Shown here: piece after piece, positions 12,237-23,782 of the stretch
How positions within the stretch are numbered: the stretch's first letter is position 1
Layout: the number at the start of each line of letters is the position of its first letter
From: Phoronis australis
Lineage: Eukaryota; Animalia; Phoronida
Reading direction: 5' to 3'
Length of the DNA: 56,513 nucleotides
Assembly: GCA_002633005.1 (NCBI GenBank)
Contig: NMRA01000051.1
Location: 363,968 to 420,480, forward strand
The notes under the pieces: model-generated
What the model saw: only the letters and a program-made list of their open reading frames with translations
Databases searched by the model: none
Told to the model about the DNA's origin: nothing
Translations under genes and position numbers: made by a program

Positions 12237-15200
12237 GTAAGTGATCCTCTACTGAGCAAGCGGGCTTCGTTATAAAATCGAACCAAAGTTGAATGTTCCC
12301 GTGGCGCTCTTGCACAGTCGTGTGCGACTTTGAATGTTTCCGTGAGGTTAAAAGTGTCGTTATAATCCTGAGGGTGATGTCTATTGGAATTTCAACGATG
12401 GGTTATAGCCCGCTTGTGGACTATCAGCACAAAAACAATTAGACGAGATTTGATCACCAGTGTCATATGAACCTTGACCTAAGGAGGGCCTACATAATTA
12501 TGAGTTAGCGATCGGCTTAATGTACAAGTCAAATTTCGAGGAGACATGCGTCCAATATTTAACATACATGTGGCTTTTAGGCAGCTTGATAAAATATACC
12601 CTAGCAGAAGCGCTACTTCTGGCAACTTAGGAGCTTTCTGTTACTTTGTAAATTGTCTAATGTATTTATGTAGGAATTCGACCCCTCGTTTTGAGAATCA
12701 TTGAAAGACGCAGTTCGACTTCAGCATGAGGAATACCATTTTCCTGTTTCAGTCGATGATGCTGTGAGCGAAGACGCAGTGGAGCGGGAGGTTTCAGAAG
12801 CACTGGACAACGAAGAAGGCGCGTCGAATATACGGAGTTTTTATTCTCAAAAATAATTGCATTATAAAAATATCTCAGAGTAAGGTTACCTTAATAAGCG
12901 TCATTTTTCGTAATTGCAAAAAGCCTTCCTTAACAAAAAATCCTAACATAGCTACAAATTAAATATAATTCTAAACCAATTGAGCTTTTAAACGTATTGG
13001 AAGTCGATACGTGAGCATCCCAGAAGCTCAGATCTGTGGAATTCATTTTCAAATTTGGAATGTAGAAAGTGTACGCAGGCGATCGTCTGCTCCTAAGCTG
13101 ACAATCGGATAGATTCTACATGTTTACTCTATCTCTGGTAAACTACGCATCTGACTGCTTAAAATACTACTAAAATATTATAGTGTTGTCTACAAATCGT
13201 ATATCTACATCAGCTAGCGGTGCTACTAGGGATTACCACTATTCTACAGTCCTTTATGAAAATGTCGTCTCTGGCTATACACTAAAACAGACTGGTTTTT
13301 CGGTTACAGATGATGATGTCCAGGAGGGCGACGACATTGGGGAAAGGGAGCTATCAGACATTGAAGCCAACGATGAAAGTAATACATGTGGATCAAAATC
13401 GATTAGTGCTAAGATTTTACGTATTTCTATACTCAAGCTTACAAATGCAGGTCCAATTTAAAGGGGCATTACATGTTAAAACAGATTAAATTGAATTATT
13501 CAAAGTGGTTTTCCAAAACAGAAGTCAAACTGTTCACCAGATATTTTCATGGTTTGTTCTTAAAGATTTTGAATATGTGTTGATGTCAAAGCATTTTTCG
13601 TTTACTTTCAAATTAAAAAAAAAAACGATCTGTCATTGCTCGTCGCTTTGGCGATTTTCTAACACACGGAAAAGGACCTCTCCTTGTTTGGTATGGCAAG
13701 ATGTAAACGTATTACATTGCACTTATATGGAAAACGTAAACTTTGATCACTGATTTAAACAAAACAATGGCGATATCATGCAGCAACCAGGCCGACTTCT
13801 TTGAGCTCCTACACTGCATAAGCATACATATTACTAGAGACGAAGAATTTAAGAGAGTATAAAACCCAACAGGTAGAGTCTATACCACAAATCACGGATT
13901 TTTTGAGACTTGGCACATGATTTTGGTTGGGTGAGATGTAGAAAAATTCTCTTTTTAAGAATTTTATCCATTATTACTCTTTTTATGACATAATGAATAA
14001 TTTAATGGCAAAATTTTCAAAATTCCTTTTTTAAATTTATATGTTTTGATTTTGAGTTTCAAAAACGGTTATTTTGCAGGTTTTCGCAGAAGCCATTTTA
14101 GGTCAACTTTGATGCTGACCTTATAATAATTCGTTTAGTAGTACTAACCTCTTCATAATCTGAAATAAAAAATCTCGACTCTCCCGTTGTTTTTGCTCAC
14201 GAATCATTGCAAGAACTACCCTTCGTCCTATTTGCCTGTACTCAGTTGCCTCAAACACAAACAGGGGGCGTCTTGATCACGTAAAAATTTTGTATTTATA
14301 GGTAACAGCACTACTAATTACCATTCTCTCAAAACCACGATGATGATAATTGCTTATTATAAAAAAATTATGTACATAAATTGTGACTTGCCTCCGTGCT
14401 TCGCCTAAGTGATGGATAGCATACCGGTAGCTGTTTTTTTACATGAAGACTTTGGATCCGACTACCAGCCGAAACTGGCATTGCCGTGTTCTTTCCTTTA
14501 GTTGCGAGAGCCGCTGGCATAGGAAGGGATGCACCTAAGGGGATTATGGCCCTTTCTTCAGTGCAAAAAAAACTTCGACTTATAATAATTTTGCAGTTAT
14601 ATTAAAATATCCGCACCCGTCGCCGGCCACCCCAACGTTGAATATTTCTGATAGTGCGATCATTAACGGTTTGAAAAGGTCAAGAGAAAGAATTCACGAA
14701 AGACAATTGTATTAATGAATCAGTTCACGACAGTCATTAGGTAAACATAGTTCAACACAACGGTCTGGACATCATAGCAAACTTACAGACTGACTCACCC
14801 TGGTGCCGATCAAAGGGGTCAGATGCCGCCAGCACCTGCCGAGGGGATGGGAATGCTAATCAGCTGTCGTCCAAGGGGAGTGGGGGGCACCACTGAGACA
14901 TCAGTTAAGTGGGGGTTACACAGCTATCAACACGGGATTGTGGGGGGCTCAGCAGGTGCTCCCTATACACGCCACTGGACTGACTACTGCAATTTCACCT
15001 GCCGTGTCAACTGACTCGCTGGACAAAGGTCATCCAGTTCAGTTTTGATCCTGGTCGCGCAATACATTCAAAAACACCTCGTTTTCATTTGAAAGACCTT
15101 AGACTTGACTTTTATTACAAATTAAAGCAGATTTCGTGTTCATAATTCCGTTCAATTTGTCTGTAAACTATGCTCATCATTTCTAAAATCGGCAGTTTTG

Positions 15201-18200
15201 CAAGATAAATTTCATTGAATGTAAAGTTGAGGCAAGATATTGTTTGGGCATTCCTTAACATCTATTCTATAACTGTATGTTCAAAACGTTACATAAAGCC
15301 ACAAGTTGCAATAAGTAAGAAGGTCACAAAAACGACCACTAGTATGAGCTAGGAAACGTGCTCTGGGGATTATCTCTCCTGTATAGCACAAAGCCGTCAA
15401 ATTTGAGTAAATGTCAAATAATTATTTACAGTCCACATAGGTTATTCCAGCCCCCAAAGTACAACTTTCAATCTATTTTGTAAGTTACTTATTTTTGTTG
15501 CTAAATACTTACAACTTTGGAAACGGCTAATTAGACTAATTGCAGTGGTGAAATTAAGGGTTATTGAGTGCACAAAATGTGGCATTCAAATTTTCATTAG
15601 ATACCCATCCATGTTGTTTTGAATTTTGACGTATAGACTTGTTTTTGAAAATCTACTGGTTTTTATATAAACTGCTTCCAAGAAACTGTTTAGGGATGAA
15701 AGATTTTTTATTGCTCCTGTGCTTCAAAAATAGTGAATCTTCAGATTTTTCTAGAAATTCTTACAAGATACAAAGTGAATAACTCTCACGTTAGCATCCC
15801 CCAAAAGTAGATTCGCCACCATCTGTTTAAAAGGCATTTTTATTAATTTTCGCGTTCCATGCTTTAAGCAGTGATTGCGACAATAGCTGATAGAAGCACA
15901 TGTTAACAGTACGTGCAAGTTCTGCGGTCTCAATCTCTTTGAAAATTTGCCCAACGCTCCCCAATTATTATCATATCAAAAACAAATGTTTATGCAGATT
16001 AATACATTTTACTTTTGTCTGTGGTTGTTTTATAATTTACTTAAAGATTGCTTGCTTAAGAGGTATATTAAACTTTCTCCAGAATTTTTTCACTATTCTC
16101 AGGTAGAGAATCTTAATTTTATTTGGATTATGTCCAAGCTGTTGTACAAAATATGCCAAATTAGTTTAGAAACAAAAACAGTGCCTTCCCGTCATCTTCT
16201 AGTTCCTCTTAAATGGTAGAAAATATTGTTATACTTATTAACAAGCTCGATTGGATAGGAAACTTCTATGAATTGCGTCCTTTATAAAATTGCAATTGTA
16301 AATTCTACTGGACCCTACGTAGCTGGGCAGATAAGTGCAAATATGCACCAGAATTGTGCAAATGATGATACAAGCACCAAATTTTCCATGATGACTCATA
16401 ATAGCATACTTAAGAGATCTGTCCGACTAGCCACCTGAAAATCTAAGATGGCGGCCATTTTTCAAGATGGCTGCCGTCCAGTGTTCTTGATAATGATTTT
16501 CCTTGTAAATCAGTATCTACCCAACCGATTTTAGTGATCTTGGGGTCAAATGTTATAGTTTTGGGTATGCCTAATTCATTTTGGACACTGTGAACACTCT
16601 GAATTACATATATTGTCAGGATATAGACAATCATACACTTTAATTCGGTCAATTTATATGATTTTTGTCTGGGCGAATGCTTTGGTCATGCTGCATTTGT
16701 CTTGTATCAATAGCTGATTATATATTATGCATGGGGTGTGCAGGTGTACGATATCATATACAATTGAACTACACTGTATTGTAATAAAATTTCCACATTT
16801 GTGGATTGCAGTGTCGGATGACGAAGAAGCTGAAATGGTGGCGCGCAAAGTGGAAGAAGGTGACTCTGCAATAGCGGATACAGGGGAGGCTTTTGACGGG
16901 TAAGAGCGCCTAACGGCGTTGCTTAAAGTGATTGGCACAATCGGAGAGAGCAGTGTTTTTAGATCAGTCTCAAGATGGCCTCAACTCATGATCGCAGCTG
17001 TCACAGTCCGACGTTTTGCTAAGTAGTGCATGCATATTTAATTGATAAAACCATGGGCTTCAATTTTAACGAATGATTGTCTACTAACAGAATCGTGGAT
17101 TGTTATAAAATCACAGAAACCTCACAAATTTTGTTGTTATAAACATGTAGCTATTGTCAAAGCTTGACAACTTCATCCACCGATCGACCCTAAACCGTTT
17201 GTGTCTATGTAAAAGTGATAAATAAATTTAGTCTGGCGTGTGTGTAAATTCAGTTTACAATAATCGTAGTCTTATCAAAACGAAAAGAAAATTTAGGCAA
17301 GACGTCGGTTACATTTTGTTTCCGTCTTGTCATTTTCTTTTTCATCTAGTTGATTGTATAGCCATTGTCCAGTTACACTCTTTCACAGTGCTAGGAAAGG
17401 TAGCCCTGTGGTTTTTTGGATAACATGGCTTCTCATTGGTTAAAGTAATGAACCGGCGTCATAGCATTCAGTCATTCCCATTGGTTGAAATCTGGGAAAC
17501 CCCTTTCAGTATACTGTTACGTATTATGGCGACCACCTTTGACTTCAATACTATAGTTGCAATTTATGAAAATGGACAGTGACCGATTTAAACAAAATTA
17601 AGAAAACCCCGATCCAGTGGCTTAAGCCCAAACAAGTACTGGTGCATGAGGTGGCGATGTGATCGCTGAACTTCCGACCAAGCATGCGTATTGATTCCCA
17701 CACATGGAATTCCGTGTGTCGATCATCACGCTTACAGGGCTACTTTTCAGTATAGGTGGCGCTGTGTGAGAGGGTAGTGTCCAGTAATCTGTTTACATTT
17801 CAGATCCTCTGGTTGATGATATTATTTTTTTATTAGAACAACCCCAGAAACCGCTTTCTTACAATATCAAAGTTCTCATTCACTGCCTTACATACATTTA
17901 CTACTAAGCGTATTATTCATCATCTTCAAATCGGCTGACATGATTTTCAAAAGTTTTAACACGTTTTATCGATCGTATGATAACAACTTTTGATTTTGAT
18001 CACCTGCCGCCCGTAAATTAAAGTCAAATAATTCCTTAGTCAAATTCGAAGTGATTTCAGGCTCGATATTGCTTGGGATCAGACCTACAATCTAGTCTGT
18101 CGCGGCGTGTCTTTGTACGCCGAACGTGGTAAGGAGCCGTCATGTCTTTGCAATCCTAGAAATGACTTCTCAAATTAAGGAACAAGTTGAGGCTAGTTGT

Positions 18201-20412
18201 ATAGGGGTAGATGATCTAAATCAATCAAAATTTTACTTCTGTGGACGATGGAAAGCTGGCTACGTAACGGTAGCAGGCTTGGAGGAGGTCCATTTCAATG
18301 TAGAAGTGACTTTGAACAGAAACGCGTAAACCTACAACTGACGGCCTTGTATTCTGGACACAAATGTCACTTGCGTGGCTTCGTTTCAAAAGCAAAATTT
18401 TGTAGGCTACTGTACACTCAGCCGAATCGTAAACTTGAAGAGTCTTTCGGACTATTAGAATCATACGGATATTAAAGGGAGGGCCACTACCCCCAACCCA
18501 GTTCGGGTTCGACCAATAAGCCATAAAACGCCGTCGGTGCTGTTTTTTAGCGCTTACGCGTACATTTTCCATGGAAATTGTAGTTGTGCCCGCCCTTAGA
18601 TTCATCAGTGAGCCCAGCATACCTAGAAGCAAAAGGTGAAAGTATACCGTTCCTTGTGTACTAAAACTATACATTAGCCGTGTATATTTTGAACTATACA
18701 AAGACTTTGTCAACTCGGACTTTCTCACCGGTCCTCGTAGATCTTCAGCCAATTATTTGGGATTTCATCAGCCATCAACCGACCTTCGATATTTAATCGA
18801 CTCGCTGAGGTGTTTCATAGGCCATTGGGGCCTTGACATCGCCCTCTTGAAGGGCACATGGGCGCGATTTTGTTAGCATATTAAAAAGTTTTGAAATGGA
18901 GATACATTATGTATGTGTGCGGTGGTAAGATAGTGGTTTGTTTTGTCTGTCACTAGTGTAGAAGAAACGCCCAACCTTGAGCTAGGTAAAAGGCTTTGGA
19001 GTTCATGCAGCAAGACAACATGGTGAGTTTAAAGACTCTTACCTTCGTTTGTAATGTATTTGAACTTTCTATTCATTTGTTATGCCTTAAAACTGCGTGC
19101 ACACCCGTCTGACCGATTCACAGAGGTGCATGCTAACTGCCGAGATTTTTGTTAGCTAATGTCTTCAAATGCTTCTCATTAAAAAGAGTGCATTGATATC
19201 TTTTGGACACGGAGCAATAGAGTACCACACGCAGACGATGCCGAATGGGCATGTGACAGTATCATTCAAAACTGCATTCCCTTCAGATTGCATCCAAAAA
19301 AAAAACAAAATCAAATTGAACTACTTAACGTAGCCTGGAACTCGAAAACTCATATAAATACCATTAAAAAGACGTTGTCGAATCTACTTTTGGGGATGCT
19401 AACGTGAGAGTCATTTACTTTGAGTATTGCAAGAATTTCTAGAAAATTTCCTCAAATTCGCTGTTTTTGAAGCACAGACGAAATATGAAGTCTTTCATCC
19501 CTATACAATGTTCAAATTCTACGTCTCTAATAATATATGTGAGCATTTAACGTTGTTTAGTTTATAAATGTACCAAAGGACAAAAATCACATTTTCTACT
19601 TAAGGGAAATGTTGTACATACATGTCTTTGCATACCAAATAAGGAGACGTACATGTACCAAGCAAGATGCATAAAGCTAAGCTGCTATCGGTTGGTATGG
19701 ATGTTTATTAGGTCTTAGTTTTGAAGTTGCAAGACCTGAGATTGGCGAATAAGACATTTAAAAGTCAAATTGAACCGAATTTTGTGTACGTTGTACATCG
19801 AAATGAACCATGGTCCTTGATTCGGTTACAAGAGATCCCTGCGCTTGCATTTTCTAAGAATAATCACGGATAATTTTAATTGGTGTCCCGGGTAGGCTAA
19901 AAGATTTGACATATTGGCAGTCAAATATCAGTGACTTGTTCGAGGAAATTATCAAAACTTTGTGAAAACATAACAAATGATCCAGTTTCAATTTCAAGCA
20001 ATTCAAAACCAATCAAAGATGGTAAAAACGAGAATTCCACAACCTTAACATTCAACCGCTAGGGGTAGTGCACATCAGTCCTACGTTTGCTCTGATATAG
20101 CAACTTGTAAGCTGCGTGTTCGTAATGAGTACGTTATTTTCTTATTTATTTAGTGTCTGGAGAAGATGCTGCAGCGGCAGGTATTGCAGTAATGTGAAGT
20201 GGTGCAGAAAATGCGGAAGACGCAACGATAAGTGCGGCGTGCTTGGACTCTTTAAACGATGCTGCCCGGGTCTGTACTGCAGAGGTCTAGTCAAGAAATG
20301 TCAACGCTGCCGGAAGAGAGGAGAGCGGTGCGGGGGCCATTCGTTGGGTCTGCGCCCACCCTGCTGTAGAGGCCTAAGATGCAAGGGCTTCTTTAAACGG
20401 AGATGCAAATAA
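12173..20412 (+). CDS. Secreted prepro triple-ICK (knottin) cationic toxin/antimicrobial peptide precursor, 203 aa, 6 coding exons
   Basis: Exons 12173-12236, 12753-12818, 13310-13378, 16812-16899, 18957-19022, 20154-20412 total 612 nt with compatible intron phases 1,1,1,2,2. Protein: MKFLMVLLLSLLAAISVVHSF-VDDAVSEDAVEREVSEALDNEE-DDDVQEGDDIGERELSDIEANDE-MSDDEEAEMVARKVEEGDSAIADTGEAFDG-VEETPNLELGKR/LWSSCSKTTCVWRRCCSGRYCSNVKWCRKCGRRNDKCGVLGLFKRCCPGLYCRGLVKKCQRCRKRGERCGGHSLGLRPPCCRGLRCKGFFKRRCK*. Three C-C-CC-C-C modules. Confidence 0.85.
12753..12818 (+). CDS. Triple-knottin precursor exon 2 (acidic propiece, probable GC donor)
   Basis: Acceptor ttttcctgtttcag, then VDDAVSEDAVEREVSEALDNEE, donor AAG|GCGCGT (non-canonical GC). 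Confidence 0.65.
13310..13378 (+). CDS. Triple-knottin precursor exon 3 (acidic propiece)
   Basis: Acceptor ttttcggttacag, DDDVQEGDDIGERELSDIEANDE, donor A|GTAATA; 69 nt, phase 1-1. Confidence 0.75.
16812..16899 (+). CDS. Triple-knottin precursor exon 4 (acidic propiece)
   Basis: Acceptor gattgcag, MSDDEEAEMVARKVEEGDSAIADTGEAFDG, donor GG|GTAAGA in phase 2. Confidence 0.75.
18957..19022 (+). CDS. Triple-knottin precursor exon 5 (GKR cleavage site and first two Cys)
   Basis: Acceptor ttttgtctgtcactag, VEETPNLELGKRLWSSCSKTTC, donor TG|GTGAGT in phase 2. It supplies exactly the two Cys missing from knot 1. Confidence 0.8.
20154..20412 (+). CDS. Triple-knottin precursor exon 6 (Cys/Arg/Lys-rich mature region)
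   Basis: Acceptor ttcttatttatttag, 85 codons with 16 Cys, then TAA. Confidence 0.9.
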
Positions 20413-20531
20413 ACATTTCCGTTTCGGTGTTCCTGGGTTAAAAGGAGTTTGTTCTACCTGACTCGAGCAAATAAGATATTTGTTTAACCTAGTCACGAAA
20501 CCAATAATCATGTAAAATTTATTGCGCCCAC

Positions 20532-20537
20532 AATAAA
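20532..20537 (+). terminator. Candidate polyadenylation signal of the knottin gene
   Basis: AATAAA ~120 nt after the stop, followed by a GT-rich tract (tgttgtgttg). Confidence 0.55.
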
Positions 20538-23500
20538 AACTAACAAAAATGTCTAATGTTGTGTTGAGTATTAAAACAGTAAATTACGTGAAAACATCTT
20601 TAAATCCCACAAAAGTATTAGATTATTGAGATACAAAGTTAGTCGCAGTTGCAACACAGCTCACGAATAGATCTGACCGCGGCCGGCAACGATTCCGCGA
20701 TCGGTCGTAGCCAACTACGTCCGGACAATTACCGTCCTGCATGGCGTCGTTAGGTCGGTCCCCACTACAGTCTTCACTTGGATTTGAATTCCTAACAAGT
20801 AGCAAATCACCACCGCATGAGAGCATTTTCTTTTAACATTTGCGCATGCAGTGAAGCAATGTTTTATTACTACAGTAAATGAAAAAGAAAACATTGGATG
20901 TGGCACGACAACAGATAGTTTACGAGACTGTAATCGGCCGTGTGGTCTTCTGCCAGTCCGTTAAAAAGTAAAAAACCAGTCGGCTACTGTTCGACCGGGC
21001 GACAACTGGTCGCCGTCTTGTTTCCGACCAGTCGGAGGAAAATTCATGATCTGTGATGTACATGTATATAGTTCCATGCAAACCAAATACCACGCGTTCG
21101 CAGTGAAGTGACCTGGTGCAAGAATGCCGGTGGGAAACCGTCTGAATACCTGGTCATTCTACAACGTGCACTGATTAAAATCATTATATAAACCTAATGA
21201 TGAGAAGAGTTTTAAAAATAGATCGTGAATCGAATGAATGAAGTTCAATCTGTGGGAGCTCCAAATAATTTTCTAATGCTATCTTCATCTCGTTTGAGAG
21301 CAGTGATCTACCTGTAAACAGGTGGCCCAGTTGATGAAGTCATTTACTAGAAATCGTCAGCGAAGTAATGATCATCCCTCGGACTTCCTAATTTATGCAA
21401 TGAGATGATGGTACCTGTGGAAGCGGTTAAAACACAACAATGGTGTACGTTTACAATTTTAGCGTTCGCTAATTAGGCAACACCACTCCCGCGTTTAACA
21501 AAGTTTGTGTACAAGAGGGGCTGCTACCAAATTACTCCGGTTTCAAGAGAGGAGAGTCTCTTGGAACCAGGGGATGGGTTCTCTTTTTGTGACGCTTGTG
21601 AAGAGTTGTGTTTTCGTGCTGCAGAACACTCGACGTTTGCAAGTCTGTGCGAGTGTGTTTCCCTCAGGTTCGACTGGACCTTTTTCAGAGTCCTCATTCA
21701 ACCTCATTTGCACCCTGACAATCACAAAATGATTAATGATTACTATAATATCAATGTTATAAAGAGTAACCTCATCATCATGAACCAGTGATTATAGATT
21801 TCCATTTTCACATCCGGCAACATGAATTTGCTTATTGACACTTGGTTGCTTCAAATTTTACATCTGCCTTCACTGAACTAACACAAGAAGCGTACATACT
21901 TATTGACAACATTTAGATCAACCATCTCTAAAATATTTGACAACTCTCAATTCAACAAAACGTTTAAAATTGGAGGAAGCGAGTTTCATACCTGAAATAC
22001 GTCATAGCAGTTTGGATTGACAGAATTGTACGATGTCGTACACTTGGCATTCCTCCATTTCCAACTCTTTATTTATGACACTTGGTAATTGGCCCATTAT
22101 GTTGCAGGTCCAGCAGAATTAATGATAGCAGAATACTGTCTGTGGACTGTGGTTGCTGTCCGATTTTCAAAATTCAAAATATCACCACGTGTACTTTTAA
22201 CGATTCAACGAAAAAAATTGTTTAAAAACTCTCAAAATGAAAATTTGAAATACATTATTTTTGCCTGGTGACGTTTGACTGACAGAACATTGGAGGTGCC
22301 ACTAAATGAAGTTTACATGTACGTATACTTTGTTAACCAACCATGAGACTGCAGGTTATTGTAAAACGAACGCGCTAATTTGGAAATTATATGGTACGTA
22401 AGCTCTCTTTGCTGTACTTACAGGTCATGTTCCGACATTGAAAGGTTATTTTCGTGAGATTACCTTCTTATTAATAAAGTTACTGAATCTTCCAGTAGAA
22501 TGTTTAAAAACACATAAATTAATAACGTGAATCAGTCACAAGGGCAATTAAGTGATACGGCTTGAGTGCATGGGTTTGTTGGAGCATAACCACACCTAAT
22601 TTGTTTGGTGATAACCCATGTTTCATTGTACACTTTGGGTTTTTTGTGTGACGAGAAAACAGCGGGATTAGCACTAGTAGGAGGTTAACTTTTGTGTTAT
22701 TTAGAAGTGTAACCAGGTGGTCATCTTAGAATTGTCACGTGGTGGTTATCAGAGTCGATGAATTGTTAAAACCAGAGGGCAGGTTCTTGCCTAATCTGAC
22801 GATGAAAAATATCCGTCTCGGAATAAATCTTGCATATGACCTGGCAATCGTAATGAATATTCATCTAAGATCTTGGTAGTTATGGGGGAAGATGTAAATA
22901 AATACGACATTGTCACAAGGGCAAATGCACAGCAGTAATCTAAGCTCGATCGAAAATCAACGCAAATCTTGCATTCCAGCCTGCTTCAAAATGAACTCGT
23001 CTGCCAGGTTTCATGCCAATCCTCTGCGCGCTTTGGCAGAGAGGCCGTTCACAAAAAGGACACTAAATCCGTCCAAAATAGCTATCTAATATCCTCTCCA
23101 TGAAAATCCTCCAAGAAATTGTTAGATACAGAGAGGGCGCGAGAAATCGATATGGCCACCAGGAGGCACCGTGCAACTTGGCCCAGCTACGAACAGTTGT
23201 GTGCGCCGTTCTCTCCAAAATAAAAAAATGTGCGCAAAATTTCACGAAGATCCATCCAAGGCATTGGAAGACAGAATGCTCGGCTCTGCTCATGGTCGCC
23301 ACCGAATCATAAGTAGACGACCCCCAGCCATGCTGTATTAACGTTTTTGCGATAAGGGTAAGGTTTCATAGCAGGAGAAATAAAATCACTATTGACTATA
23401 GTTGCTACTTCCCCGAAATCCACTGCGTATATTCTAAATCTGTTTTGATAGGAAATTTTGGAACTGGAAATCATGCAAATGGTTTCATAGTTAAAAGCAG

Positions 23501-23782
23501 AGGTTTTAATGGAAATCAGAATTCAAAAATCCTGCTTTAAAATTGCTTCTCTTTATCAGCGACCTACTTTTGCTATGTGCAATAAATAATATGACCTTTA
23601 TCCGTCAAAGGAAGTTGTTTGTGTACATTGTAAACTGAATAGAGGGCTGGTGAGGCAAACGGATTTTGTTCATGTATTGTTATCTGGTGTCGCACAATTG
23701 TCTACCATTTGCCACAAAAAGAACTGACGGGGTCATCTACGTCTCGCTTAGTCAAAGCTAAATTGGTATACACATCGTTAGA

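Noticed and set aside
16855-16865. Internal donor GAAG|GTGACT in exon 4
   Set aside because: It is phase 1 and incompatible with the phase-2 downstream exons; the GTAAGA donor at 16900 is stronger.
17750-17766. CTCF-like motif TAGGTGGCGCTG (another at ~36026)
   Set aside because: Short motif matches are expected by chance and cannot be supported without ChIP or conservation data.
18225-18752. Longest ORF in the window (175 aa, minus strand)
   Set aside because: Non-ATG start, no recognisable domain, and antisense within a knottin intron; probably chance or decayed transposon.
18957-18985. Alternative frame of exon 5 reads C-RRNAQP-TGA, mimicking C-x6-Sec at the start of a knot
   Set aside because: The upstream donor is phase 2. 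That frame is open, gives GKR plus two Cys and ends at a strong GTGAGT donor, so no selenocysteine is needed.
20116-20153. ORF-track N-terminus MFVMSTLFSYLFS as a signal peptide
   Set aside because: It is the polypyrimidine tract and acceptor of the last intron; the real signal peptide is at 12173.
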